Counted from the first letter of the stretch, positions 10,001 to 17,915 are shown. The stretch is 44,962 nt of DNA from Deltaproteobacteria bacterium (GCA_016932115.1 JAFGDM010000061.1:1-44962), one strand, 5' to 3'. Notes: a model not told the origin generated them from the sequence alone. Made by a program: numbers and translations.

Positions 10001-11951
10001 ACAACCTCCCTCAACCGGCCCATACTGGGATTTCCGGAACATCTATACATATAAGGGATCCGAGGATGGATCCATGGTCCGGTTTATCCATGAAAATATT
10101 ACGAATGCCGATCTCGACCTGGAAGATGAGGATGATTATGCTCGCTACAGGATCATCAATTTCATGTACGGCTACACCTATGATTCCCGATCCGTAACGG
10201 AGCCTGAACCCAAGGAGAAAAGGCCATGGATTCTCGGGGACATCATTCACTGCGAGCCAAAGCTCCTTGACTACGTGAACCCCTCAACCGGATACCTGGA
10301 TTACCGCTATGTTGTTGTGGGCGCAAATGACGGGATGGTTCACGTGTTCGATGATGAAACGGGGGATGAAATCTTCGCCTTCATCCCCGGTGACCTTCTG
10401 CCGAGGCTTAAGGAGTTTGCCAGTCCAAGCCCTCATATCCATATGGTCGACGGGTCTATACAGATCGTGACCGTCAGGGATTCTGAAACAGGGAGCTACG
10501 AGAAAATCCTGATTTTCTGCGAAAGAAGAGGTGGAAGAAGTTACTGGGCTTTGGACGTCACGGATCCGAACCCTCTTAACTGGAGAGTGAAATGGTCCAT
10601 TAGGGGAGGCACCACCGGTTTCGAGGAATTGGGTCAAAGTTGGAGCAAGCCTTTTTTCACAAAAATAAGGACGGACTCGAGCAGCGTACGAAACGCCTTT
10701 GTCTTTGCCGGAGGCTATGACATTCAAGAAGACGAGTTTCCCGAGGCCTTCAGCGATTTCAATGAAAACGGCATTCGAGACAGTGAAGAACCCCACTCTG
10801 TAACCATCGGGGGGACTGAAGCGTACGACAAGTTCAATCCCGGCAAAAACGAATACGGCCGGGGAATATTCGTGGTGGATGCCGATACAGGCAGCCCCCT
10901 TTTCAAGGCAACTTTCGGTGAAGCAGAGGTGAAGACCGGGATTGACCAGAAGTTTACGGACATGAAGTTCTGTTTTCCTGCCGACATCTCTCTCATCCCT
11001 CTTTCGGACACCGAAATCCTGATGTATGCCGCGGATGTTTACGGCGAGATTTGGAAAGTAAAGTATAATTACTTTTCGGAAGACGAGGGAGTTAGTTATA
11101 GTGCATCCAGCTCTAAAAGATGGAAGGTGCAAAGGATTTTCAACTCGAACCCCGGCTCGATTGCGCCTACGGGAGATCCCGAAGCTTTCGCTTACGCAAG
11201 CCTGGATTCTGCTGACGCGGGCAGGAAGACATTCTATTCGCCCGACATCTCCCTGGGAGGAAACGACTGGACTGCAAAACCCGTTCTCTTTTTCGGCACC
11301 GGTGACCGGGAACACCCGAGATACGCGATGGTTTCGAACCGCTTCTATGTTGTGGCGGATACCGGCGAACTGATCGATGAGACAAACCTTCTCAATTTGA
11401 CCTGCAACGAGCTGGATGAGGATTCGGATGCAAATGGAGACGGCACAGTAAACTCCGTTGATTTGGATCTGAAATCAGACCTATCGGACCTTCTTTACGA
11501 CGGCTCTGCCTTTGGTTTCTACAGAGTGCTTGATAAGCAGGGGAATTGCATTGATGACACAGTCGATCACACGGGCGAACACATCCTGAGCCAACCGACG
11601 CTATTCTTCAAGAACGTTTATTTCACCAGTTATCAGCCCACGTTCGGCGACGAGTGCAATCCTCTTGGAAACGCCTTTATCTATGCCCTGGATTACTCCT
11701 TCGGCACATCCGCGCTCAACTACAACGTCGACAATGACACCACTGAGGTCCAGGTCAGAAACATCACGGATACTTATCGCATGATTGCCGGTACATCCAT
11801 TCCTTCAGGGGTTGAAATCGTCATCAGGGATGGTCAATACGCAGGTTTCGTAAGCGTCGGTGGCGCTCTTGTAGGAGTGGGGGAAGGCGGCTCCAGCAGC
11901 ATACCCGGACCCCCAAGCGGTGTGACGCCCCTTGTGTGGGCGACGGAGTAG
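4068..11951 (+). CDS. pilY1: Giant PilY1/PilC tip adhesin with N-terminal InlB-B-like beta repeats, a PA14-like insert and a C-terminal beta-propeller
   Basis: C-terminal PilC motifs (LGDIIH, VVVGANDGMVHVFD, GQSWSKP, FAGGYD, FFGTGDRE); KLYYEAYNDASDLNGDG; repeated GYVFSGWTGD/GWKFVNWTGD/FGSWSGD...VTANF units; signal peptide; SD GGAGGAG 8 nt before ATG 4068 (track start 4050). Confidence 0.9.
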   Translation: MIPNIKEGIVNKNSKPRRYGRLVAYLLFSVFPTFFCLGKATYAHASYSVVVSSPGAGFGGTTDKEGVNTVEEGGSITIAPTADSGYVFSGWTGDISNGDNPLTISPVTRDYTLNANFQKINYTLTISVGTGSGSVAPSSGTTYVYDQGLSVNATPAAGWKFVNWTGDTENLLDPNSPSTSMKNPTMADTTIKANFSLIEYTLSVTSAGGTGGAADRVSVVPSQATYHYGDTVQLTANPQTGESFGSWSGDLTGSTNPNSIIINGNKSVTANFAYIEYALDVKMIGSGNGAVTKSPNQTTYHYGDIVSLSAVASADSVFIGFDGDLSGITPIQLTIDSNKSVSALFQALRTVTITNPGSGTGTINVSVIPSNLTGGSKTIPAIGGLIINVAEGDNVSLSGRTAAGGSVFIAAGSDLADPDSFVISSSNVTRTAIFQLTRTLVITNPGSGSGTVDVAVSPSGLSIGAGQSVPAGGSMSLTVADGDTVDVTNPTGAGGSVFVAASSGVPAKIVISGDPDSRAAVFELRRTITVTNPGLGSGTVSVDSCDPSGLEAGKSLAIGPGGSIVFNVAQNDTVSLSAAPAGTDDYFEGFNGDLMGRSPIAPSIEVDGNENVTATFKKGLVLTIEWVGIGTGTVTAGDKGGILPLSPFDGGSSSGTKGTTVSYVCLEGDVIHLEATDSYITDPPTSGSLFKSWGGDAGGSGYGIDITMNGDKRVTVDFNATYTLVVGKGGTGAGRGTVNPEPGTYLYEAGEEISLSAADIDPTADSTGCEFENWTVNGVFHSGEKVTSLSISGNLSVIGNFIGKYMITSLARDGGSITPSGATVKVYGESQSYTITPNTGYVISDVVIDGFSQGSMAGYTFNNLSANHKIVAVFVLESDYINDVNAGDDQIYATSVPPLVLMVMGRNHKLYYEAYNDASDLNGDGTLDVGYNPTIDYYGYFDSYKVYKYDTVNNRFHPYKYTSNKKVDPNATDEWSGDFLNYVTMSRIDVLRKVLYGGYRSVDTAGETELMRSYIPQDAHSWGKEYESIDRDKYDIREYTPYGLPVNGTRHLFANTTLPVDPNVNDPQPNLNRPMLRVLNDSKYRIWEWVSIERPVAGDKCVDGTIGPNCATEAVAAGLHPGHPANALEFQALVNEYAVPEKQDPTKPGYGTTSASLIDGEGNPSGDNYDPYDADASDQKNYLTVFRGYLAPTTAGNYYFAVDGGNAVEVLINGAVVAGKYGSSGRADDPKMPYSSSKVPLFAEANTVEFRHEVGTGGGSYTLYWKGPDSKNWQVIPAEKFTGLEQSTYELLTEETPESMMTDYVVKVLVCDPSLPESNSKKYPSGVSKPIGLLQKFGEPGKMFFGLLTGTYANNISGGVLRKRMGTVTDEIDTNTGRFRYKYDGTYSNVNGDIIKTIDGFRIADYSYKYYAYGNPDTAAWATSRNVMSEGDSPDWGNPIAEMMYEGLRYFAGKKAPTGVFNYTEVSGPDTRLGLSKPDWDDPYESNLWCAKPFMLVLSDINPNFDSDQLPGADANFIASNFSGTLASSDATPENLNVETVANDITEAEGGLDSHYIGQAGAIFDSSCSPKDLSADGFGAIRGLCPEEPTKQGSYYSGAVAYFGRFHDINPIMEEQSVITYTVAMASPLPRIEIPVGGKTITLVPFGNSVHGCLGVNPTGGYNPAITIVDFYIEALSPTNGIIRINFADIEHGGYHDLDAIVIYSYQVLDAQGEPTNVPDSGESVRISLQSEYGSSCLTMHVGYIISGTTADGTYLEVRSISVPDTEDMDYFLDTPPDGYTPGLPLSTTRVFYPGETDAATLLNDPLWYAAKWGGFTDLNDNKMPDLVSEWSQDSDGVPDTYFYVVNPLKLEQQLTRAFVDILSRGVSHVAPAVSVDERNRIQSGDKLYMAFFKPISDNYWRGNLKKYGLELLERSDCDRPDREWTVVDQDGLIAGECDGLFKSTSRSFWSEEMDGGYVDRGGAGGRLRDSMPGSDSVQPPSTGPYWDFRNIYTYKGSEDGSMVRFIHENITNADLDLEDEDDYARYRIINFMYGYTYDSRSVTEPEPKEKRPWILGDIIHCEPKLLDYVNPSTGYLDYRYVVVGANDGMVHVFDDETGDEIFAFIPGDLLPRLKEFASPSPHIHMVDGSIQIVTVRDSETGSYEKILIFCERRGGRSYWALDVTDPNPLNWRVKWSIRGGTTGFEELGQSWSKPFFTKIRTDSSSVRNAFVFAGGYDIQEDEFPEAFSDFNENGIRDSEEPHSVTIGGTEAYDKFNPGKNEYGRGIFVVDADTGSPLFKATFGEAEVKTGIDQKFTDMKFCFPADISLIPLSDTEILMYAADVYGEIWKVKYNYFSEDEGVSYSASSSKRWKVQRIFNSNPGSIAPTGDPEAFAYASLDSADAGRKTFYSPDISLGGNDWTAKPVLFFGTGDREHPRYAMVSNRFYVVADTGELIDETNLLNLTCNELDEDSDANGDGTVNSVDLDLKSDLSDLLYDGSAFGFYRVLDKQGNCIDDTVDHTGEHILSQPTLFFKNVYFTSYQPTFGDECNPLGNAFIYALDYSFGTSALNYNVDNDTTEVQVRNITDTYRMIAGTSIPSGVEIVIRDGQYAGFVSVGGALVGVGEGGSSSIPGPPSGVTPLVWATE

Positions 11952-12059
11952 AAAAGGCACTATTCCCCATGAAATACGGGGAGATGTTCTAGTCTTAGTG
12001 CGGATAAAGTGACCGGCCGTCGGATCACAATGCGGTTCAACAAGCTTTAAGAGGATGAG

Positions 12060-12275
12060 ATGACGATTGAGGTTCGTGACAAGCGTTTCGGCGTTGTGGC
12101 GGTAGAGAAGGGATTCATTACCAAGGAGCAGCTTTTTGACGCCCTGAGAATACAGGTTGAGGAAAATCTGTCGGACAGGCCCCATCGCCTTATCGGCCAT
12201 ATACTCATAAGGCTGGGACACCTTAGCCATGAGCAGGCCGATGAAGTTCTCATCGCCATGCGAAAAAAAGATTAG
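12060..12275 (+). CDS. Stand-alone MshEN-like (putative c-di-GMP-binding) protein
   Basis: RFGVVAVEKGFITKEQLFDALRIQ and LIGHILIRLGHLSHEQADEVL fit the tandem RLGxxLLxxGLVxxxxLxxxLxxQ motif; SD AGAGGA. Confidence 0.75.
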   Translation: MTIEVRDKRFGVVAVEKGFITKEQLFDALRIQVEENLSDRPHRLIGHILIRLGHLSHEQADEVLIAMRKKD

Positions 12276-12370
12276 CCTTTGCGTTTTCGACCGGATTATA
12301 TAAGGATCATGATCCAGGTGCCGGCCATTCCCTAGATGGATCTCCAAGGGAAGACCCGGCTAATCGAACG

Positions 12371-13909
12371 ATGCGCAAGGGCAATATAATCGAACTTAAG
12401 ATCGACCGCATAGCCCAGGGCGGCCGTGGAGTGGGCCGTTCACAAGGGCTTGTCGTGTTTGTCGAAGGCGCCATTCCCGGTGATACCGTCAGGGCCCTGC
12501 TCAAGACAAAGAAAAAAGACTTTGCCGAAGCCGGGGTGGTGGAAATTATTCTGAGCTCTCCGGATCGGGTCCAAGCGGCCTGCCCCTACTTCGGCTACTG
12601 CGGCGGGTGCCGGTGGCAGCACGTGACTTATGAGCGCCAGCTTGAGTACAAGAAAAGCCTTGTAATGGAGGCCATGTGCCGAATCGGAGGACTTGACGAT
12701 ATTCTCATTCATGAGCCGATGGGGTCGGAAAGGATTTATGGGTATCGCAACAAAATGGAGTTTTCCTTTTCAGACAAGCCGTGGGTGATAGACCGACCCT
12801 CTTCCCTCCTTTCTCCTGCCATATCCCCGTCTCCCGCCCCTCCATCCGGAGGGAAAGGACCTATTCCCTCCCCCTTGGAAAAAAAGAATGGAGAAAGATT
12901 TGCCGAGGGGGGCAGGGGCGATTCTCTAAGAGCGTTGGTTTTGGGACTTCATGTGCCTGGGACATTCAACAAAGTCATAGATGTGGAATCCTGCCTGCTC
13001 CAGGAGGAGCGAGGGAATGAAATCCTGCGGGCGGTCAAGCGCTTTGCCTGGGAATCCGGCCTTGCGCCTTACAATCTCAAAACCCACGGGGGATTCTGGC
13101 GCTTCCTTACTCTCCGCAGTTCCAGGTTTCTTAAGGAATGGATGGTCAACGTGATCACATCTGAATACCGAAAAGACCTTGCCGAAAATCTGGGCCGCCA
13201 TATCACCTCAACATTCCCTGATGTCAAAACGGTGGTGAACAATGTGACTGCCCGACGGGCAGGTGTTGCCGTGGGCGAATGGGAGTCCGTCGTCTCGGGG
13301 CCTGGATTTATCGAAGACCGTATCGGAGCCTATGCATTCCAAATCTCTGCGAACTCCTTTTTCCAGACCAACACAGCGGGTGCAGAAAAGCTCTACCTCA
13401 AGGTGGCGGAGTTTGCTGAACTGACGGGCTCGGAAAACGTGGTGGACCTTTATAGCGGAACAGGGACAATCTCTATTTTTCTGGCCTCCAGGAGCAAGCG
13501 AGTCATAGGGATGGAAATCAGTGGAACCGCTTTGGAAGATGCAGAAAAGAATTGCAGAACCAATAGGATAGAAAAGTGCCGGTTCATCCTCGGGGATATT
13601 CGCGCAGCCCTCCCATCCCTCTCCTTCAAGCCCGATGTTCTCATCATTGACCCGCCTAGGGCCGGAATGCACAAGGATGTAACAGCCAAAATTCTGGAGC
13701 TTGGCACGGAGAAAATAATCTACATTTCTTGTAATCCGGTTACAATGGCAAGAGATCTAGGTGAAATGAAGGATTATTACGAGGTGGTGGAAATCCAGCC
13801 TATAGACATGTTCCCCCACACCCACCATGTGGAGTCCGTAGCGAAATTGAGAAAAAGAAAAATGGTCCGGGCAGTACGGCCCCACGGCACACCCGAAGAT
13901 TTTTGTTGA
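12371..13909 (+). CDS. rlmD: 23S rRNA (uracil-1939-C5)-methyltransferase RlmD
   Basis: TRAM domain, CPYFGYCGGC Fe-S motif, YRNKMEF, SFFQTN, DLYSGTG, IDPPRAG, YISCNP, DMFPHTHHVE. Confidence 0.95.
   Translation: MRKGNIIELKIDRIAQGGRGVGRSQGLVVFVEGAIPGDTVRALLKTKKKDFAEAGVVEIILSSPDRVQAACPYFGYCGGCRWQHVTYERQLEYKKSLVMEAMCRIGGLDDILIHEPMGSERIYGYRNKMEFSFSDKPWVIDRPSSLLSPAISPSPAPPSGGKGPIPSPLEKKNGERFAEGGRGDSLRALVLGLHVPGTFNKVIDVESCLLQEERGNEILRAVKRFAWESGLAPYNLKTHGGFWRFLTLRSSRFLKEWMVNVITSEYRKDLAENLGRHITSTFPDVKTVVNNVTARRAGVAVGEWESVVSGPGFIEDRIGAYAFQISANSFFQTNTAGAEKLYLKVAEFAELTGSENVVDLYSGTGTISIFLASRSKRVIGMEISGTALEDAEKNCRTNRIEKCRFILGDIRAALPSLSFKPDVLIIDPPRAGMHKDVTAKILELGTEKIIYISCNPVTMARDLGEMKDYYEVVEIQPIDMFPHTHHVESVAKLRKRKMVRAVRPHGTPEDFC
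12797..12924. repeat. Palindromic C-rich/G-rich element inserted in frame in rlmD
   Basis: CCCTCC-ATCC-GGAGGG (12838-12853); CCCCCTTGG (12870-12878) pairs with CCGAGGGGG (12903-12911); encodes a Pro/Ser/Gly-rich loop. Confidence 0.55.
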
Positions 13910-13935
13910 CACACCCTGCAAATTACGTGTATAAG
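13906..13935 (+). promoter_or_regulatory. sigma70 promoter upstream of the rpsU leader
   Basis: TTGACA (13906-13911), 18 nt spacer, TATAAG (13930-13935). Confidence 0.65.
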
Positions 13936-14012
13936 CCATCCTTTCGAAATGACTCCGCCGAAAACACGGGCTTGATCGTCGTGAAACGGGGGTTAAAAGG
14001 GGGGTGATTTAA

Positions 14013-14126
14013 ATTAGAATTTCATGCACCTTTTCCGTTAAGCCTATGATCAGGGACAACGGATGCTCCCTTGCCTTCGATATGTCGGCGTCCTACACCA
14101 ATGCCGCGAGGAGACTGGACGTGTAA
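14013..14126 (+). CDS. Putative 37 aa leader peptide with ATT start codon (MRISCTFSVKPMIRDNGCSLAFDMSASYTNAARRLDV)
   Basis: Extended SD AAGGGGGGTGAT (13997-14008) at optimal spacing before ATT; frame open to TAA 14124-14126; absent from the ORF track. Confidence 0.55.
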   Translation: MRISCTFSVKPMIRDNGCSLAFDMSASYTNAARRLDV

Positions 14127-14157
14127 CTCCAGCCCAAAACTCTGGTATGAGGCCGGG

Positions 14158-14196
14158 AAAAGCATCCCTCTAAAGTTTGGGGTGCTTTTTTATTTT
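14158..14196 (+). terminator. Intrinsic terminator/attenuator upstream of rpsU
   Basis: AAAAGCATCCC (14158-14168) pairs with GGGGTGCTTTT (14179-14189), followed by TTATTTT. Confidence 0.75.
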
Positions 14197-14234
14197 AATG
14201 CTGGATGGAACCTTTAGAAGAAAGAGAAGAAACT

Positions 14235-14423
14235 ATGAAAGTTGTTGTTCAGGATAATCAAATAGAGAAAGCCATCAGGGATCTCAAAAAAAAACTGACT
14301 AAGGAGGGGTTTTTCTCCGAGATCAAGGACCGTCGTTTTTACGATAAGCCAAGTGTTCAAAAAAAGAAAAAAGCGGCCAAGGCGGCGAAAAGGCGGCGAA
14401 AGAGGATGAGAAAGTTCAACTGA
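14235..14423 (+). CDS. rpsU: 30S ribosomal protein bS21
   Basis: MKVVVQDNQIEKAIRDLKKKLTKEGFFSEIKDRRFYDKPSVQKKKK with the typical RxFYxKPS motif and basic C-terminus. Confidence 0.92.
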   Translation: MKVVVQDNQIEKAIRDLKKKLTKEGFFSEIKDRRFYDKPSVQKKKKAAKAAKRRRKRMRKFN

Positions 14424-14452
14424 TTATTCAAACCCTTGAGTGGGCTTTTTCC

Positions 14453-14481
14453 TTGACAAGAAAGGGATAAGAAGGTAAAAA
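14453..14481 (+). promoter_or_regulatory. Possible sigma70 promoter of the qrc operon
   Basis: TTGACA (14453-14458), 17 nt spacer, TAAAAA (weak -10). Confidence 0.4.
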
Positions 14482-14656
14482 GCCACCGTCTGTGCTTCAA
14501 GTATCTTTCCCAATGCAGGCCTTTGGTGCGATCCTATCAAATCTGCCCTGTCGGGTTCCATAGGGAATCCGATTTTACCTCAGAGGCCTCGCCATAGGTC
14601 GGCAGGATGGAACTTCGCCGCGGGTACAAGAATTTATTTGAGTAAGGATCTGCCCC

Positions 14657-15382
14657 ATGGAAAACCAAGCGCATTCCTCGCAAAAGCCCCTCAAAAAGGG
14701 ATGGTTTATATCCCTCATCGACGTCGTGCTTTCTTACTATTCTTATCTGATTTCCCAGCCTTTCCGGAGCGGCCTGGTTTATTTTCTTGCCGGATTGATT
14801 CCTTCGCTGGCATTGGGGTGGCTTATTTTTCCGGCGCTTCTTTATTCCAAACAGCCCCAGCCCCTGCAATTCAACCATGCGATTCACACCCATCCCCAAA
14901 TCGGCATTGAGGGGAAAACAGAGGAGGAACGTTGCTTACAGTGCCACGGTTTCCGGGAAGACGGCACCTTTACGGGCATACCCAATCTTGCAACCTGCAT
15001 GAAGTGCCACGATGATCCGGAATCAACCCTGGGAGAGACGCCCGAGGAAGAGAAATTCAACGAGGAGTATGTGGCTCTCGGAAAAGAGGTGCCATGGCTC
15101 CTTTATCACCGGCAACCGGATTGTGTCTACTTTTCCCACATTGCCCATGTGAAAATGGGTAAGCAGGAATGCAGGACTTGCCATGGCGATCATGGACGGA
15201 GCGAAAAGCTTCCCCTACACCAGAGAAACCGCATCAGCACCTATAGCAGGAACATATGGGGTTATAATATTGCCGGGTATGTTCGTAACCCTTGGGAACG
15301 CATGAAGATGGACAACTGTGCCGATTGCCACACCAAGACAGGCCATGAGGAAAATAATGCATGCTTTGTTTGTCATAAGTGA
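14657..15382 (+). CDS. qrcA: Menaquinone reductase multiheme cytochrome c subunit QrcA
   Basis: N-terminal TM anchor, QPLQFNHAIH, five CxxCH motifs (CLQCH, CMKCH, CRTCH, CADCH, CFVCH), RQPDCVYFSH and a C-terminal ACFVCHK. Confidence 0.9.
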   Translation: MENQAHSSQKPLKKGWFISLIDVVLSYYSYLISQPFRSGLVYFLAGLIPSLALGWLIFPALLYSKQPQPLQFNHAIHTHPQIGIEGKTEEERCLQCHGFREDGTFTGIPNLATCMKCHDDPESTLGETPEEEKFNEEYVALGKEVPWLLYHRQPDCVYFSHIAHVKMGKQECRTCHGDHGRSEKLPLHQRNRISTYSRNIWGYNIAGYVRNPWERMKMDNCADCHTKTGHEENNACFVCHK

Positions 15383-15511
15383 AAGAGCGCGCAATGAGGT
15401 ACCGTACGTCTTCAATACTTTCCAAAACAGAAATGTAGGAACTCTGACCTGGAAGAGGGCGTGATTCGAGGATTGCCGGTCAGCCTCAAGGGAGCCGAGA
15501 GGTATAGACAT

Positions 15512-17872
15512 ATGGATTTCAGCGTAAAAAAACTGACGGATCTGGTGGCTTTCAACAGGAGGAATTTCATTAAACTGCTCATCGGCGGAGCGGTGGGCAT
15601 CAATGCGACACCCCTTCCATGGAAGCTGATGGACGACGTGGCCATATGGACACAGAACTGGCCGTGGGTGCCTGTGCCCGCCCGGGGCGCTTTTAATCAC
15701 TCAGAAACTATTTGCACCCTTTGTCCCGGTGGTTGCGGCATTACTGTGAGAAAGGTCGATGGAAGACCTGTGAAAATCGAAGGCCGCGCGGACTATCCGG
15801 TCAACCCCGGAGGCATTTGCCCCCTTGGATCGGGGGGTCTCCAGTTGCTTTACACGGAATCGCTGCGCTTCACCGGACCGATGAAAAGAGTAGGTGCTCG
15901 AGGCACAGGCGATTTTGTGGCCATTTCATGGGACGAGGCCATGCAAACCCTTGCCGATCGCCTCGCCGAGCTAAAGAGAAACGGGAAAAGCGAAGCCCTG
16001 GCCGCCATAGACGGAAACAGGCCGCACTCATCCATGTCCCTTCTAATCCGGAAATTTATGGACGCCATGGGCAGCTCGATGTATGCCAGGATGCCTTCCC
16101 TCGAAGATACCTATGCCACGGTCAACCGTCTCATGTTCGGGATCGATGCACCCATGGCCTACGACCTGGAACATGCGGATCTCATCCTGAGCTTTGGATG
16201 TGGTCTCATCGAAGGCTGGGGGGCGCCGGGCCGCATGTCCAACGCTTGGTCACTCTGGCGAAGCGAGCCTTTGAAAGGAAAGGTCAAGATCATCCAGGTA
16301 GAATCCAGGGCCTCCAACACGGCCTCCAAGGCAGACCAATGGATTGCGGCAAAACCTGGAACAGAGGCGGCTCTTGCTCTGGGTATCGCCCATGTCATGC
16401 TCAAGGACGGCCTTTATGATTCAAACTTTGTCGCGAATCACACCTTCGGCTTTACAGATTGGACTTCGCCGGACGGGAAAAGCCACAGGGGCTTTAAGAA
16501 CATCGCACTCCGAGATTATTCACCGGATGTGGTTTCAAAAACAACCGGTGTCGATGCCGGCCAGATCCTTTCCCTGGCCAGGGCTTTCGCCCGGGCCAGG
16601 GCGCCCATAGCCCTTTGCGGTAAGGGGAAAGGAAGTTTAAACGGAAGCGTTTTTGAATGTCTTGCGGTCCAGAGTCTGAATGCCCTGACAGGGAACATCA
16701 ACAAGCCGGGCGGAGTGCTTGTTCATCAAGATGTCCCCTTGCAGGCCCGTTACTCCGCCGAGGCAAAAGGCCCAGGCGAGCCACTTACGGCCGCCGGGCT
16801 CGGCGAAGCTCTCACGGCCGACAAAATCTCTGTAGAAACGCTTCTTCTTTTTGCCGCCAACCCGGCTCATACCCTGCCGGATGGGGGTGGTTTTAGGAAA
16901 GCTCTCAAAAAGATTCCCTTGATTATAAGTTTTAGCCCCTTCAGAGACGAATCTTCTCTGATGGCCGACCTTATTCTTCCAGATCACACCTATCTCGAAA
17001 AAATGGATGACGTCGTCTGGCCCGTGGGCCTCCAGTACCCTTTTTATGGGCTCACCCAGCCGGTGCTAAAACCCCTTTATGATACTCGTGCCACGGGCGA
17101 TGTGCTTATTCAATTGGCCGAAATCATGGGCGGAAGGGTTACAGAATCTTTGCCCTGGAAGAATTATGAAGAGCTCCTCAAGGAGAGGGCCCTAAACCTG
17201 TTCGAAGCGGAAGGAGGGCTGACCAGTCATGATTCCTCCAGACCCGCGTGGGAACCCTCGGCTTACCGGAAAGTGCTGAAAAGTGACTGCACGTCACCGG
17301 AAGAACTCTGGAAGAAGCTCAAGGCCGGCGGGTTCTGGTACCGTCCGTTCCAACGTTTTGGTTGGCATGAGGAACTTTTCAAGACGGCTTCCGGGAAGTT
17401 CGAATTCTGCACCGACAAACTTGAAAAAGCGGGAGCGGATTTGGCTAAAACTCTCGAAAATGATCGAGACTACCCTGTTGTCATGGCACCCTATGAACTC
17501 ATCAACTTGGCCAGCAGTTGGGCGCCGAGTCCACCCTACCTGTATAAAACCCTTTTCGATTCCCAGATAAGGGGAAAAGACTGTTTTGCAGAAATTAATC
17601 CTCAGACTGCCGGGGAATACAAATTAAAGCAAGGAGATTACGTGATCATCGAGTCGTCTGCGGGAAAGGTGAAAGCTCTTGTCAATATTTTTGCAGGTGC
17701 CATGCCGGGGGTTGTTTATCTAGCTTTCGGGTTCGGGCACACTGGTTACTCAGACTTTCACCTGAACAAGGGTGTAAACCCCAACAGCATTGTGGCAGGC
17801 CCCAGGGATTTCCTGACCGGCATGTCCGCCTGGTGGCGCACACCTGTACGGTTGTCCAAGACAAAGGCGTAG
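15512..17872 (+). CDS. qrcB: Menaquinone reductase molybdopterin-oxidoreductase-like subunit QrcB
   Basis: Tat signal RRNFIK, TPLPWKLMDDVAIWTQNWPW, CTLCPGGC...C cluster, ADLILPDHTYLE; start probably ATG 15512 (track GTG 15461). Confidence 0.9.
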   Translation: MDFSVKKLTDLVAFNRRNFIKLLIGGAVGINATPLPWKLMDDVAIWTQNWPWVPVPARGAFNHSETICTLCPGGCGITVRKVDGRPVKIEGRADYPVNPGGICPLGSGGLQLLYTESLRFTGPMKRVGARGTGDFVAISWDEAMQTLADRLAELKRNGKSEALAAIDGNRPHSSMSLLIRKFMDAMGSSMYARMPSLEDTYATVNRLMFGIDAPMAYDLEHADLILSFGCGLIEGWGAPGRMSNAWSLWRSEPLKGKVKIIQVESRASNTASKADQWIAAKPGTEAALALGIAHVMLKDGLYDSNFVANHTFGFTDWTSPDGKSHRGFKNIALRDYSPDVVSKTTGVDAGQILSLARAFARARAPIALCGKGKGSLNGSVFECLAVQSLNALTGNINKPGGVLVHQDVPLQARYSAEAKGPGEPLTAAGLGEALTADKISVETLLLFAANPAHTLPDGGGFRKALKKIPLIISFSPFRDESSLMADLILPDHTYLEKMDDVVWPVGLQYPFYGLTQPVLKPLYDTRATGDVLIQLAEIMGGRVTESLPWKNYEELLKERALNLFEAEGGLTSHDSSRPAWEPSAYRKVLKSDCTSPEELWKKLKAGGFWYRPFQRFGWHEELFKTASGKFEFCTDKLEKAGADLAKTLENDRDYPVVMAPYELINLASSWAPSPPYLYKTLFDSQIRGKDCFAEINPQTAGEYKLKQGDYVIIESSAGKVKALVNIFAGAMPGVVYLAFGFGHTGYSDFHLNKGVNPNSIVAGPRDFLTGMSAWWRTPVRLSKTKA

Positions 17873-17881
17873 TTGCCGTTT

Positions 17882-17915
17882 ACCCCTCAGGCTCCGGTGA
17901 AGGAGCCGCAGGGGT
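17882..17915 (+). other. GC-rich intergenic hairpin between qrcB and qrcC
   Basis: ACCCCT-CA-GGCTCC / GGAGCC-GC-AGGGGT, followed by TTT. Confidence 0.55.

Noticed and set aside
13940-14196. tRNA, tmRNA or 6S RNA (TTCGA...CACCA at ~14076-14100)
   Set aside because: I could not build a cloverleaf, a tmRNA acceptor stem or a long 6S duplex; an SD-led open frame explains the region better. An Rfam scan is still advisable
15512-17872. Catalytic molybdoenzyme (formate dehydrogenase or polysulfide reductase) or alternative complex III ActB
   Set aside because: The N-terminal WTQNW signature and the context (pentaheme cytochrome, separate Fe-S subunit, NrfD subunit) fit QrcB; it is not fused to the Fe-S subunit as ActB is
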